A stretch of DNA of 64,000 nt from the NCBI GenBank assembly GCA_963776245.1, contig CAVZLN010000003.1:736001-800000 (forward strand). Reading direction: 5' to 3'. Below, one piece after another: positions 18,372 through 30,800 of the stretch. The notes beneath the pieces were generated by a model that saw only the letters and a list, made by a program, of their open reading frames with translations, was not told the DNA's origin and did not search any database. How positions within the stretch are numbered: the stretch's first letter is position 1; each line of letters opens with the position of its first letter. The position numbers and the translations under genes are program-made. The DNA comes from Candidatus Eiseniibacteriota bacterium (lineage in GTDB: Bacteria > Eisenbacteria > RBG-16-71-46).

Positions 18372-18870
18372 CGCGGTCTCCGGAATCGGGTCGGGAGCGT
18401 CAGCACGGACGGGCGCAGGTTATCGGAGCACCCCGGACCCGCCAAGTCCATGTCTTCCATGGGCTGATCGGCGGCGAGCCCGGTCGCCAGACCCAGATGT
18501 GCTGCCAACCCGGCACGGTCCAGGGCGTCCTTCATGGAGATGTCAGGCGAGATGGGACGCGGAACTCGACCAGCCCTGCCGGCCGTCGGCGAGCCCTCCT
18601 CGAATCCCGCAGGTTGTTAGCCAATTAGCGGTTGACACATCCATGACCGGACCGGATGATTAGATTGGCGTACGTACAACGCCATGGTTCACGTACGCAA
18701 ACCCGTGAAGACGTCGACGCCTCCCGCCGCAGTGGTCGGCTTCGTCTGCCCCGTGCACTCACACGGGGATCTCGCCGCCCCGCTCCGAGCGTCGTCGCTT
18801 CGCACCCGTCAGGCGACTTCCGTGCTCGACGCGCCGCGTCTCGGACGCCGCGCGATGAGAGGGCTCCTCC

Positions 18871-21800
18871 ATGCTCCACCGCCGCAGGTGGTTCTCGCTC
18901 GCACTCGCATCGGCGCTCGCCGCGGTGCTGGGCTCGATCGCTTCCGTTGAACGCGCCGAGGCCCAGGCGACCTATCCGCCCGGACCGAGCGGGACCTGCA
19001 CCGACACGCTCGCCGTCACCAACATCCAGGATCCGGGCGCGACGTGTCATCCCGCCGTCCTCGATCGGGTGAACGGCATCACCGGAGTGGTGGTCGGATT
19101 CGACGCCATCGCCACCGCCTATGGGTTCTACATCCAGACTGCGGGAGGCGGGCCGTACACCGGCATCGACGTGTTCACCGGCGGCACGAACTACGCCGCG
19201 GCGCCCTACAACCTCGCGATCGGCGACCTGGTGGTGGTGTACGGCCGCACGCAGATGTTCCCCAATCCCAATGGGGAGATGGAGATCGAAGGACCGGACG
19301 GCGTCCAGTCCACCAACGACATCCTGATCCGCAAGGTGAGTTCGGGGAACGCGATCCCGGCCTTCCAGTCCCTGACGCCGCTCCAGATGAGCTGGGTGCC
19401 GGGCGCGGCGGGAAGCGATGCCGCGCGGTGGCCGGGATGCCTCGTGAGCGTGACCGGGCCGCTGGTGGTCATCCGCAGCACCGCCAGTCTCTCGACCACG
19501 CAGACGGGCATGATCAGCTACAGCTTCATGGTGGCGCCCGCCGGCGACACCACGAATGTCAGTGCCCGCGTCCTGGTGGACGGCCTGACGCTCGCCGGCG
19601 GCTATACGCCACCCACGGTGGGCACCGTCATCGAAGGGATCCAGGGCATCCCCAATCGGCGCACCAGCTCGGGCGTGAACTCCTGGCGCGTCCAGCTCCG
19701 CGACGGGAACGACGTGATCGTCGCCGCGCCCCCCAACCTCGCGCGGGCGTACTCGATCGAGAACGACGTCATCCGCGTGGTGTTCGACCGCAACGTGGAC
19801 GTCGCCACCGCTCAGAATCCAGCGAACTACACCATCGAGGACACGAACCTCGGCGGCACCACCACCGTCGTGAACTCCGCGACCGTCGAGGGCGGCTCCG
19901 GACGCTTCGTCCGCTTGAACCTCACCTCCGACATCCCGGTCGGCCGGGTGTCCATCGACGTCCGCGCATCCGGCATAGGATCGGCGGCGTGCCCCACCTG
20001 CCTAATGGGGTCGCAGGCGAGTCCAGCCTTCGCGTTCGGCGTGATACCGATCAGCACCATCCAGGCCGCCGATCCTTCCGCATACGGCAACGGCCAGGCC
20101 GTGGGTTGGCCGGTCACTCTGCGCGGCATGTGCACCGGTGTCTACGGGAGCCTCTACTACGTGCAGGACCCGGCGACCGGCAAGCGCGCCGCGCTCTCGG
20201 TGTACGCGCCGATCGCACCGCTCGTGCCCGGGCACAACTACCTCATCGTGGGCGCGGTGCAGACATTCCAGGGTGAGACCGAGATCATCAGCACTCAGTA
20301 CATCGTGGATGAGGGGATCGGCACCCTCCCCGAGCCCGCGGTGGTGACCACAGCGATCCTGAGCGACACCACGCACTACAGCATGACCGGCGCGCACGCC
20401 TACGAGGGGATGCTCGTGCGCGTGCCTCAGGTGCGCGCGACCGAGTCGCACACTATCGGGCAGGCCTTCCCGGTGGCCGGGCCGGCACTGGTGTGGAACA
20501 CGCCCGTCGCGGTGGGCAACCTCAACGGCGTGCTCAGTGGTTACACCCCGCCCTCTCAGGGGCAACTCGTGGACGTCGTGGGTGTCGCGCACATCGTGTT
20601 CGGTGTGTTCCAGGTCTGTCCGCGCAGCGCGGCGGACGTCACGGCCAGCCACCTCGGCGATGTCACGCTCTCCACCGCCGGAACCGTCGACGTCGACATG
20701 ACGATCGACACCCTCACCGTGGCCAGCGGCGGCACGCTCACCGCGCAGGGCACGTTGACCGTCACCCACGACATGATCGTGAGGTCCGGCGGCGTGGTGA
20801 CGCACGCCCTGCGGGACACGGCGGGGCTGCGGCTGAACGTGAGCGGCACGCTCGAAGTGCAGAGCGGCGGGCTCATCGACCTGAACGGCAAGGGGCTCCT
20901 CGGCGGGTCAGGAGCGGCGCCGGGGAGGCATTCGACGGCGGCGACAACATCGGGGTGGGCGCGGGTGCCGGCGCGACGTGGGCGGCGGGCGCCAGCTATG
21001 GCGGCTCCGGCGGCAATGGCTACCAGGGGACGACTGGCGGTCTGTATGGGTTGTTGGAGAACCCGCGGCATCTGGGCGCGGGTGGTGGCGGTGGGGTGCA
21101 GGCGCCGCGGCCGAACGGCGGCGGGCGGCTGCGGGTGGTGGCGGCGACGATGCTCGTGAACGGCACCGTGCGGGCCGATGGCCTGGCAGGGCAGTACATC
21201 TCCGGCGTGAGCGGCGGGGGAGCGGGCGGCTCGATCCGGCTGGACATCGGATGGTTGGGCGGTAGTGGGTCGATCACCGCCAGAGGCGGGGACGGCACGG
21301 ATGGCGGCTCGGGCTACTCGGGCGCAGGCGGCGGCGGGCGCATCGCGGCGTACTTCAGCGCGCTGACATTGCCGAGCGCGAACTTCGCGGTGGCGGGCGG
21401 CGCAGGGACGTCTCCCGGCAGCGCGGGGACGATTTACCTGAAGGACGTGGCGGCGGGCGCCGGAGACGTGATCGTCGACAACAGCAACCGGGTGTCGAGT
21501 CTGTCCACGCTCGTTTCGACCTCGCTGCCGTCGTTCCGGGACGTCATCTCGCGCAACAACGCACGGGTCCTGCTCGGCCCCACGCAGCGGATCACCACGT
21601 GGGCACAGAGCATCACGCTTTCGGGTGGGACGCTCTCCGCGAGTGACACCCTGCGCCTGCAGGGCACGGTACTGCGCGGCACCGGCACGGTGGCGACGCG
21701 ACTGGTGAACAACGGCGAGGTCTCCCCGGGAGCGAGCGCGGGCACGGTCGGCCAGATCGTGTGCTCGGCGGGCTATCAGCAGGGCGTCGCGGGCGTGCTG

Positions 21801-24800
21801 CGTGCCGACATCGCGAGCGCGAGCAGCTTCGACCGCGTGCGCGTGACGGGGGGAGCCACGCTGAGCGGCGACTTGGCGTATCAGTACCTGGGCGGGTACG
21901 CGCCCCCGCCGAACACGCGCTTCCCGGTGCTCACTTCGGATGCGCGCACCGACACGTTCGCCACACTGACGGGCGCGGACGCCACCGCGGGCGTCGCCTA
22001 TCTGGACAGCACCACCGTGCTCATCCCGGGCATCGATCGCACGCCCCCCCAGACGATGTTCGTGGGCGGTCTCGCGGACGGTGGCTGGACCAACGCGACC
22101 AGCCAGGCGTTTGACTGGACAGGCACGGACGACACCAGTCTGCCAGCGGCACTGCTCTTCGCTTATCAACTCGACAGCGACGGCTGGAGCGCGCTGGGCG
22201 CTGGGACGAGCCACGCGTTCGCGGGATTGACCGCAGGCGCGCACACGGTGTCGGTGCGCGCGGTGGACGAACTGGGGAACGCAGACCCGACGCCGGCGAC
22301 GCGCACGTTCACGGTGGATGTCACGGTGCCGACGTTGGTCTACGGGAGCGGCCCGGCCGACGGCGACACCGTGCGCAGCATGCCGATCGCGTTCACGCTG
22401 CGTGGCAGCGACGACATGGCTCCCGCGTCCGGGCTGACGTACTCGTGGTCGGTGGACGGTGCCGCGTACACGACTCCGAGCACGGACACGACGGCCACGC
22501 TGAACATCACCAACGACGGCATCCACACCCTCTCGTCCCGCGCGCACGACCTCGCGGGGAACGCGAGCACGACGGTCACGCGGAGTTGGTACCTCAATCT
22601 GCCACCGCAGGATCTGGTGGTGGCGAGCGCGATCACGATCACGCAGGACACGACCTTCAACAGCATCACGGTGCAGAGCGGCGGCACGTTGACGGCCCGC
22701 CGTCTCACCGTGCTTACCGATATGGCGGTGGCGTCGGGTGGCGTGGTGACGCATGCGCAACGGGACACGGCAGGGCTGCGGCTGACCGTGAGCGGGACGC
22801 TCGACGTACAGAGCGGTGGCGCGATCGACGCGACCGGCAAGGGGCTCTCGGGCGGGACGGGAGTCGCGGCAGGCGAGACGTTCGGTGCCGGCGACGCGAT
22901 CGTGGCGGGAGCGGGCGGCGGCGCGAACTACGGCGCGGGCGCGAGCTACGGTGGCCCGGGCGGCAACACTTCCGAAGCGACGACGAATGCGGCCTACGGC
23001 CTGGTGGAGGATGCCCGGCATCTGGGTTCGGGCGGCGGAGGCTCGGCCGGCGCTACGGGCGGCGCCGGTGGCGGGCGGATCCGGATCAGCGCGGCGGCGG
23101 TGGTCGTCAACGGTGCGATCCGCGCCGATGGCGCGGCCGGTCAGCACGGCAGCGGCGGGACCAGCGGCGCGGGCTCGGGCGGCAGCATCTGGATCGACAC
23201 CGGGGATGTCGCGGGAACGACCGGGCAGATCACCGCGAACGGCGGCGCCGGCGCGAATGGCTGGTCCGCGGCGGCGGCAGGTGGTGGAGGTCGTCTGGCG
23301 ATCTTCTACAGTTCGGCCACCGGGGCGAACGGGCTTAACGTGTTGTGCGTGGGCGGACAGAACACGGATCCCACCAAACCGCCGTCGCTGCAGGGTGGGG
23401 CGGGAACCGGTTACTTCAAGGACAACGCACAGGCCAAGGGAGAAGTGGAGATCAACAACGCTGGGACCGTCGCGGCGACTCCGACCCGTCTGCTGACCGG
23501 CCTGGCGACGTTGCGGCAGGTCCGCGTGCACGACCAGGGCGCGCTGGCACTGATCAGCACCGACGTGCCGTCGCTCACGCTGGATTACGGCCTCCTGATA
23601 TGGAACACCGGCGTGCTGGACGTCGGAAGCGGCGTGTCCCTCGCCATCGCGGGCGGACAGAGACTCGACATCGGCGGCCTGTCGACGGCGACGTTCGAAC
23701 TGGGCTCGACGCTGATCGGCGACGACGTCCGGGTCGGCGGCGGGACGCTCAACGCCCACACCGATCTTCCGCTGGCAGGAACGGGCAGGCTCGAGCTGTC
23801 GAACTCCGGCACGCTGAACCTGCTCGACGGCAAGACGCTGAGCCTCGCCGTATTCGACACGAGCAACGTGCACGAGGGCACGCTGAACATCGCGCCGGGC
23901 AGCCGGCTCGAGATCGTGTCCAATCGCGCGACCGTCGGCAACCGCGTGACGCTCATCAAGGACGGCGTCTTCGGCGCGTTCGGCGCCAGCGACTCGCTCG
24001 ACGCGCTGACGGTACTCTCGGGGGGCGTTGTCACCCACGGCGCGCGCAATCTGAACGGCCTGCGCCTGGGCGTCGGCACGATCGACGTGAGGAGCGGCGG
24101 CGCCATCGACGTCTCGGGCAAGGGTCTGAATGGTGGCACCGGCGTCGCGGCCGGCGAAACGTACGGCGCGAACGACGCCATCGTGGCGGGCGCCTACGGT
24201 GGCGCGAACTACGGCGCCGGCGCCAGCTACGGTGGCCCGGGTGCCAACAGTTCCGAGGCGACTTCGAACGCCCCCTACGGTCTGCTCGAGGAGGCGCGAC
24301 ATCTCGGCTCGGGTGGCGGCGGCTCCATCGGCGCAACCGGCGGGCCGGGAGGCGGGTTCATCCGGATCAACACGGGCACGCTGACCATCAATGGCGCGAT
24401 CCGCGCCGACGGTGGCGCGGGGCAGCACGGCAGCAGCGGCACCAGTGGCGCGGGGTCGGGAGGGAGCATCCTGATCCACGTGGGCCATGTCACGGGTACG
24501 ACGGGGGCGGTCACGGCGTATGGAGGGGCGGGAGCAAACGGGTGGCCCTCGGCGGCGGCCGGTGGCGGCGGCCGAATCGCGATCTACTACAACTCCTCGG
24601 ACCAGACGGACAGCATCGAATGGTGGACTGCGGGCGGATTGAACACGGCCCCGACCCACCCCGCCTCCCTCCAGGGCGGCGCGGGCACCTTCTACGTGAA
24701 GGATGATGCACTGGCTTCCGGCGACCTGTTCGTCGACAACGGAGATCGCAACGCCGACAGAACCACGCCACTGCTCACCGTGTTGCCGGCGTTGCACGAT

Positions 24801-27800
24801 CTGCACGTCGACCGCTCCGCGCGCCTGAACCTGAGCGTGACCCAGCGCGTCACGTCGTGGATCCGGAACATCATCCTGGGGGGGGGCACGCTCTCCGCGA
24901 GCGACACGTTGCGCCTGCAGGGCACGGTACTCGGCGGCAGCGGCACCATCGCGACGCGGTTGGTGAACAACGGAGAGGTCGCACCGGGTGACACTTGGAC
25001 TCCGGTCGGCCAGATCGTGTGCGCCGCCGACTATGAGCAGGGCGCATCGGGCGTGCTGCGTGCCGACGTCGCGGGTGCAAGCAACTTCGACCGGCTGCGC
25101 ATCACGGGCGGTTCCGTCCTCGGCGGACAACTGGCGCATCAGTACCTGAGTGGCTATGCGCCGGCGAGCGGCGCCCGATTCCCGGTGCTGAGTTACGGCA
25201 CGCACGTCGGCACGTTCGCCACCGTGACAGGTACGGATACCACCTCGGGAGTGGCCTACTTCGACACCACCGCCGCGGTGATCAGGAACATCGATCGCAC
25301 GCCGCCGCAGACCGTGTTCGCGAGCGGGCTGGCCGACAGCGCGTGGACCAACGTCACGAGCCAGACCTTCGGCTGGAGCGGCACCGACGACACCAGCCCA
25401 CCGGTGACGCTGCGCTACGCCTACCAACTGGACAGCGGTGGCTGGAGCGCGCTGAGCACGGGGACGAGCCACGTTTTCAGCGGTCTGACGGCAGGCGCGC
25501 ACACGGTGTCGGTAGACGCGGTGGACGAGGTCGGCAATGCCGACCCGACGCCGGCGACGCGGTCCTTCACCGTGGACCTGGTGGCGCCGACGGTGGCGTT
25601 CGGCAGCGGACCGGCCGATGGCGACACGGTGCGGACGACGAGCACGGCGTTCACGCTGCGCGGCAGTGACGATCTCGCGCCCGTCACGGCGCTGAGGTAC
25701 GCGTACTCACTGGACGGCGCGGCCTACACGACCCCGGTCACTGACACCACGGTGACGCTGACCATCACCAACGACGGCGCGCACACGTTGGCGGTGCGGG
25801 CAAGCGACCTCGCCGGCAACACCGGCACGTCGGTGTCACGCAGCTGGTTCACCATGCTGCCGCCGCGGGACCTGGTGGTGGCGAGCGCGGTGAGCCTTCC
25901 GCGCGATACCACCTTCAACAGCATCACGGTGCAGAGCGGCGGCACGCTGACGGCGAGTGGGGCGGTGAGCGTGCTCACGGACATGACGGTGCTGTCGGGC
26001 GGGTTGGTGACGCACGCGGTGCGGGACACGGCGGGGCTGCGACTGGACGTGAGCGGGACGCTGGACGTGCAGAGCGGCGGGTTGATCGACGTGACCGGCA
26101 AGGGGCTCTCGGGCGGCGTCGGCAATGGCGTCGCGGGCGAGACGTTCGACTCGAACGGCGCCATCGTGTCCGGGGCGAGCGGCGCCTATACGTACGGCTC
26201 CGGCGCGAGCTACGGCGGCACCGGCACGGGGAGCACGAACGCGGCGTACGGACTGCTCGACGATCCGCGCCAACTGGGGTCGGGCGGTGGCGGTGCGTTG
26301 AGCGCGACGGGTGGCAAGGGCGGTGGCCGGATACGGATCGTGGCGGGGACTCTGAATCTGAACGGCGTGGTGCGGGCGAACGGCGTGTCGGGTGGAACGC
26401 AGAATGGTGTGGGTGGCAGTGGATCGGGCGGTGCGATCCGGATCGACGCGGAGACGGTGAGCGGCAGTGGACAGGTGGTGGCGAACGGCGGGAACTCGCC
26501 GGGCGTATGGCCGACGGGAGTCGGCGGTGGAGGGCGGATCGCGGTCTACTACACGGGGATGACGCTGGCGAGCGGAAACCTGGTCGCGACCGGCGGGACG
26601 GGACCGGGGGTGGCGGGAAGCGCCGGGACGATCTACCTGAAGGACGCGGCACAGGCCAACGGCGATGTCATCGTCGACAACGCCAGCATCCTTTCGCCCC
26701 TGACCGCGCCGCTGCGGACGACGGCGAACGTCTTGCGCAGCCTCACGCTGAGGAACGGTGGGTCGCTACAGATCGCGAGCGCCGACAAGCCCTCGCTGGA
26801 GGTGGAGCAGCCGATTGCCGTGTCGGACAGCGCGGTGCTGGAGGTAGGACCCGCGGTAGGTCTGACCGTCTCCAACGCGAGCGGGTTCGACGTTCTCGTG
26901 ACTTCAGGTTCGACGCTCACGCTCCAGCCGGGCTCGAATCTCGCGGTCGATGCGCTGCAGATCAACAATTCGACGCTGAACGCGAGCAGCGACATCGCCG
27001 TCGCAACCGGTTCCGATTTCGAATTGTCGAATGGTGGGACGGTGAACCTGCAGGGCGCGATGTTCAGCGTCGGTTCGTTCGATGCTACCAACGTGAAGTC
27101 GGGCACATTCAATCTGACGTCGGGATCACGACTGAACGTGACCACAGGGAGCCTCGCGATTGGATCTGGCGTCACACTCGTGAAGGACGGCGCCCTCGGC
27201 GCAAGCGACCAGGTGACCACGCTGACGGTGGCGTCGGGCGGGTTGGTGACGCACGCGGTGCGGGACACGGCGGGGCTGCGACTGGACGTGAGCGGGACGC
27301 TGGACGTGCAGAGCGGCGGGTTGATCGACGTGACCGGCAAGGGGCTCTCGGGCGGCGTCGGCAATGGCGTCGCGGGCGAGACGTTCGACTCGAACGGCGC
27401 CATCGTGTCCGGGGCGGGCGGCGCCTATACGTACGGCTCCGGCGCGAGCTACGGCGGCACGGGCACGGGGAGCACGAACACGGCGTACGGGCTGCTCGAC
27501 GATCCACGCCAAGTGGGTGCGGGTGGTGGTGGTGCGGCGAATGTGACGGGGGGCAAGGGCGGTGGTCGGGTGCGGATCGTGGCAGGGACGTTGAACCTGG
27601 ATGGCGTGGTGCGGGCGAATGGCATGCCGGGCGGAACCGGGAACGGCGTGGGTGGTGGTGGATCGGGCGGTGCGATCCGGATCGACGCCGGGACGGTGAG
27701 CGGCAGCGGACAGGTGGTGGCGAACGGCGGGAACTCGCCGGGGGTGTGGCCGACGGGCGTCGGTGGTGGCGGGCGGATCGCGGTCTATTACACGGGGATG

Positions 27801-30800
27801 ACACTGGCGAGCGGGAACCTGGTCGCGACGGGCGGCACGGGGCCGGGGGTGGCAGGCAGCGCCGGGACGATCTACCTGAAGGACGCGGCGCAGACCAACG
27901 GCGATGTCATCGTCGACAATGCCAGCGTCAACGCGAGCGTGACCACAACATTGCTCACATCAATGCCCACGCTGCGCGATGTCATCTTGCGCAACAGTGC
28001 GCGCCTGAGCCTCGACGCCACGCAGCGCATCACGACCTGGGCGCAGATCATCACGCTGTCGAACGCGACGCTGTCCGCGGCGGACACGTTGCGCCTGCAG
28101 GGCACGATCCTGCGCGGCGTCGGCACGGTGGCGACGAGGCTGGTGAACAATGGCGAGGTCTCGCCGGGCAGAGCCGCGACCCCCGTCGGCCAGATCGTGT
28201 GCGCTGCGGGCTACCAGCAGGGCGCCACCGGTGTGCTCCGCACCGAAGCCTCGGGCGCATCGACGTCCGACCGGCTGCGGATCGTCGGTGCCGCGGATCT
28301 CGGCTGGCACGCTCGCCCACTCCTACGTGAGCGGGTACGCGCCGCCCGAGGGCACGCTGACGCCGGTGATGAGTTTCGGCACGGCCACCGGCGGGTTCTC
28401 GAGCGTGACGTCGGCCGGCACCCCCTCCTTCGTCGCGCTGCTCGACTCCACGGCGGTGATGATCGCGGGCTCCGATGTGACCGCGCCGCACACCGCGTTC
28501 ACGAGCGCGCCGGCCGAGAGCTCCACCGTGTATGGCCGCCCGCCAGGTGTCTCGATCGCGTGGCGCGCCACCGACGACCTCTCACCGATCTCCGTGCTGC
28601 GCTATGCCTACCGCCTCGATGCGGACGCGTTCTCCGCGTTCAGCGCCGAGACGAGTCACGTGTTCACCGGGCTGTCCACCGGGTGGCACACCGTCGAGGT
28701 GAAGTCGCGGGACGCCGTCGGTAACGAGGAGTCGACCCCGGCCACAGTGCACTTCCGCGCCGAGCCCGGGACCACGGTGAGTGGTTACATCTCCGCGAAC
28801 ACCACCTGGACGGTGGATCAGAGCCCGTACGTGGTGACGGGGAGCGTGATTGTGCGGCACCCCATCGCAACGGGCAGCCCGACGACGGCGCTGACGATCC
28901 GGCCGGGGGTGGAGGTGCGGTTCGCGGCGGGGACGGAGTTGAAGATCGGAGACCAGGGCGGCGACGGGAGCCACTACGGGGCGCTGGATGCGCGGGGGAC
29001 GGCGGACAGCGCGATCGTGTTCACCTCGGCGGCGATGGTGAAGGCGCCGGGGGACTGGAAGGGCATCCGGTTCACGGCCTCGACGAACGGTGGCGCGACA
29101 TTGCTGGAGCGCTGCGTGGTGGAGTACGCGGGTGGGAGCGGGGACGCGGGCGACCTGGTGATGAACGGGGCATCGCCGACGGTGACGAACAGCGTGATCC
29201 GCCGCAGCGTCCAGCACGGCGTGTGGATGGACGGCGCGTCGAACCCGGTGCTGAGCGGCAACACCATCACCGAGAACCCGGGCGCGGGGCTGTACGTGGC
29301 GGATGGCAGTCCGAGCCCGGTGGCGAGCGGCAACGTGATCACGGGCAACGGCGGCTACGCGCTGAGTGTGCACCCGCAGACGACCAACAACCTGGGGCTG
29401 AACACGGCGAGCGGGAACCTGGCGGACGTGGTGGAGGTGCGCGGGGACTACCTGGGACAGAACACGACCTGGCCGGTGACGGGCCTGCCGTACGTGGTGA
29501 CCGGGGACGTGATCGTGCGGCATCCCACCGCCGTGGGCAGCCCGACGACGGCGCTGACGATCCGGCCGGGGGTGGAGGTGCGGTTCGCGGCGGGGACGGA
29601 GTTGAAGATCGGAGACCAGGGCGGCGACGGGAGCCACTACGGGGCGCTGGATGCGCGGGGGACGGCGGACAGCGCGATCGTGTTCACCTCGGCGGCGATG
29701 GTGAAGGCGCCGGGCGACTGGAAGGGCATCCGGTTCACGACCTCGACGAACGGTGGCGCGACGATTGCTGGACCACTGCGTGGTGGAGTACGCGGGTGGG
29801 AGCGGGGACCTGGGCGACCTGGTGATGAACGGGGCATCGCCGACGGTGACGAACAGTGTGATCCGCCGCAGCGTCCAGCACGGCGTGTGGATGGACGGCG
29901 CGTCGAACCCGGTGCTGAGCGGCAACACCATCACCGAGAACCCGGGCGCGGGGCTGTACGTGGCGGATGGCAGTCCGAGCCCGGTGGCGAGCGGCAACGT
30001 GATCACGGGCAACGGCGGCTACGCGCTGAGTGTGCACCCGCAGACGACCAACAACCTGGGGCTGAACACGGCGAGCGGGAACCTGGCGGACGTGGTGGAG
30101 GTGCGCGGGGACTACCTGGGACAGAACACGACCTGGCCGGTGACGGGCCTGCCGTACGTGGTGACCGGGGACGTGATCGTGCGGCATCCCACCGCCGTGG
30201 GCAGCCCGACGACGGCGCTGACGATCCGGCCGGGGGTGGAGGTGCGGTTCGCGGCGGGGACGGAGTTGAAGATCGGAGACCAGGGCGGCGACGGGAGCCA
30301 CTACGGGGCGCTGGATGCGCGGGGGACGGCGGACAGCGCGATCGTGTTCACCTCGGCGGCGATGGTGAAGGCGCCGGGCGACTGGAAGGGCATCCGGTTC
30401 ACGGCCTCGACGAACGGTGGCGCGACATTGCTGGAGCGCTGCGTGGTGGAGTACGCGGGTGGGAGCGGGAACGCGGGCGACCTGGTGATGAACGGGGCAT
30501 CGCCGACGGTGACGAACAGCGTGATCCGCCGCAGCGTCCAGCACGGCGTGTGGATGGACGGCGCGTCGAACCCGGTGCTGAGCGGGAACACCATCACCGA
30601 GAACCCGGGCGCGGGGCTGTACGTGGCGGATGGCAGTCCGAGCCCGGTGGCGAGCGGCAACGTGATCACGGGCAACGGCGGCTACGCGCTGAGTGTGCAC
30701 CCGCAGACGACCAACAACCTGGGGCTGAACACGGCGAGCGGGAACCTGGCGGACGTGGTGGAGGTGCGCGGGGACTACCTGGGACAGAACACGACCTGGC

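Noticed and set aside
20915..29770. Programmed frameshifting or phase variation at the three breaks of the giant gene
   Set aside because: No slippery heptamers or long SSR tracts (longest is G4); mixed directions; sister repeat copies lack the extra base; sequencing error more likely
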